Source of the DNA: Takakia lepidozioides
Taxonomy: Eukaryota > Plantae > Bryophyta
NCBI GenBank assembly: GCA_030704615.1
Contig: CM060734.1
Coordinates: forward strand, 36,146,001-36,210,000
DNA: 64,000 bases
Reading direction: 5' to 3'
The notes under the pieces were generated by a model. The model was given only the letters and a program-made list of their open reading frames with translations. It did not search any database and had not been told where the DNA came from. The position numbers and the translations under genes are program-made. Shown in pieces: positions 63,174-64,000 of the stretch (position 1 is the stretch's first letter; every line of letters begins with the position of its first letter).

Positions 63174-64000
63174 CACTACAACACACTATGATTTTTAACA
63201 CCGTCGGTATTTTACTATGAGTTTCAATATATGTCACTTTTCACTATTTCTAGCACCAAGTAGTGAAATGTGCTAATATTAGTAAAAGAATTCACTGCAA
63301 CTATCAAACGCTTCACTACAAAGTTCTTTATTCTATCACCCTAAGTCAAACTCACAGTGACCTGCAACCTCGCAGACACCATTTAATGCGTTCAACCACC
63401 ACATTATCTGGTTCTTGATGCTACAGGAGTTAGCTTCACCATGGTCTAGGAAGATGGACTCACCTTTGCAGTGACTTTCAATGAACTCTACGTCCTCATT
63501 AGACCGGGGCCGGTGAGGGATCGCGACGAGGCCATCTAAATCACCCCGTGATCCGTACTAGCCGGGGCCACCAGCGCCTTAAAGACCCAATTATCTTTCA
63601 ACGATAAGTGTATTCATATTTATATGTAGTGATGCTCTTATGCACAAATCACATCAGGTATGAAATTTAATTTATTTACTTTATAATAATCCATAGATTT
63701 TTGGCAAGAACCCAAAAATAAAAACTAGATCTAGGTGGGTAGTTCTCCCAAAAATTACATCAAACAGGTTTCATGTGACCAAGATATGATCAAACAGACA
63801 TCACATGAATTAAATTTGATCATTATAAATTCTAAATGAAATGCATATTGCTGATGACACATTTCAAATGTACTCCCAGCCAGATATTGTGTTCATGCTG
63901 AAGGTCTCTTTTGATGATTCACAATTATCATACTGTCAAGTAATCGCAGACAAAAATACCAACACCTTTTTTACCATGTTTTGCACCTAACATGCTGTCA
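63174..64000. mobile_element. Possible left end of another CACTA element running off the window
   Basis: CACTACAACAC start followed by repeated TTCACT/AGTGAA motifs; the other end is not visible. Confidence 0.35.

Overview
Eukaryotic, repeat-rich plant nuclear DNA. A bryophyte such as a moss with abundant organellar RNA editing is likely, but that is inference only. The one clearly intact host gene is a 5-exon pectin methylesterase (49610-52150, +). The rest is mostly nested, decayed mobile DNA and pseudogenes. (1) A minus-strand Ty3/Gypsy-like LTR element (1-~4140) has a tRNA-Ala primer-binding site, an extra ORF upstream of gag, a U-UUA-AAC -1 frameshift signal with a predicted pseudoknot, and a dUTPase-like domain after the protease. 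(2) An L1 3' end is interrupted by a hAT MITE. (3) A tandem array of PLS-PPR/E/DYW editing-factor pseudogenes appears to carry OSB-type 'WWDNR..PDFKH..LWI' motifs upstream of the PPR repeats. (4) A plus-strand Gypsy element has a DNMT3-like C5 cytosine methyltransferase in the gag-pol frame between protease and RT. (5) A ~9.5 kb APE-RT LINE with a 2A-like motif truncates that element's integrase. (6) A 6.25 kb non-autonomous Pack-CACTA element (TIRs plus ACA TSD) carries captured PPR and PDF-motif fragments. All protein-family calls come from reading motifs by eye; no searches were run.
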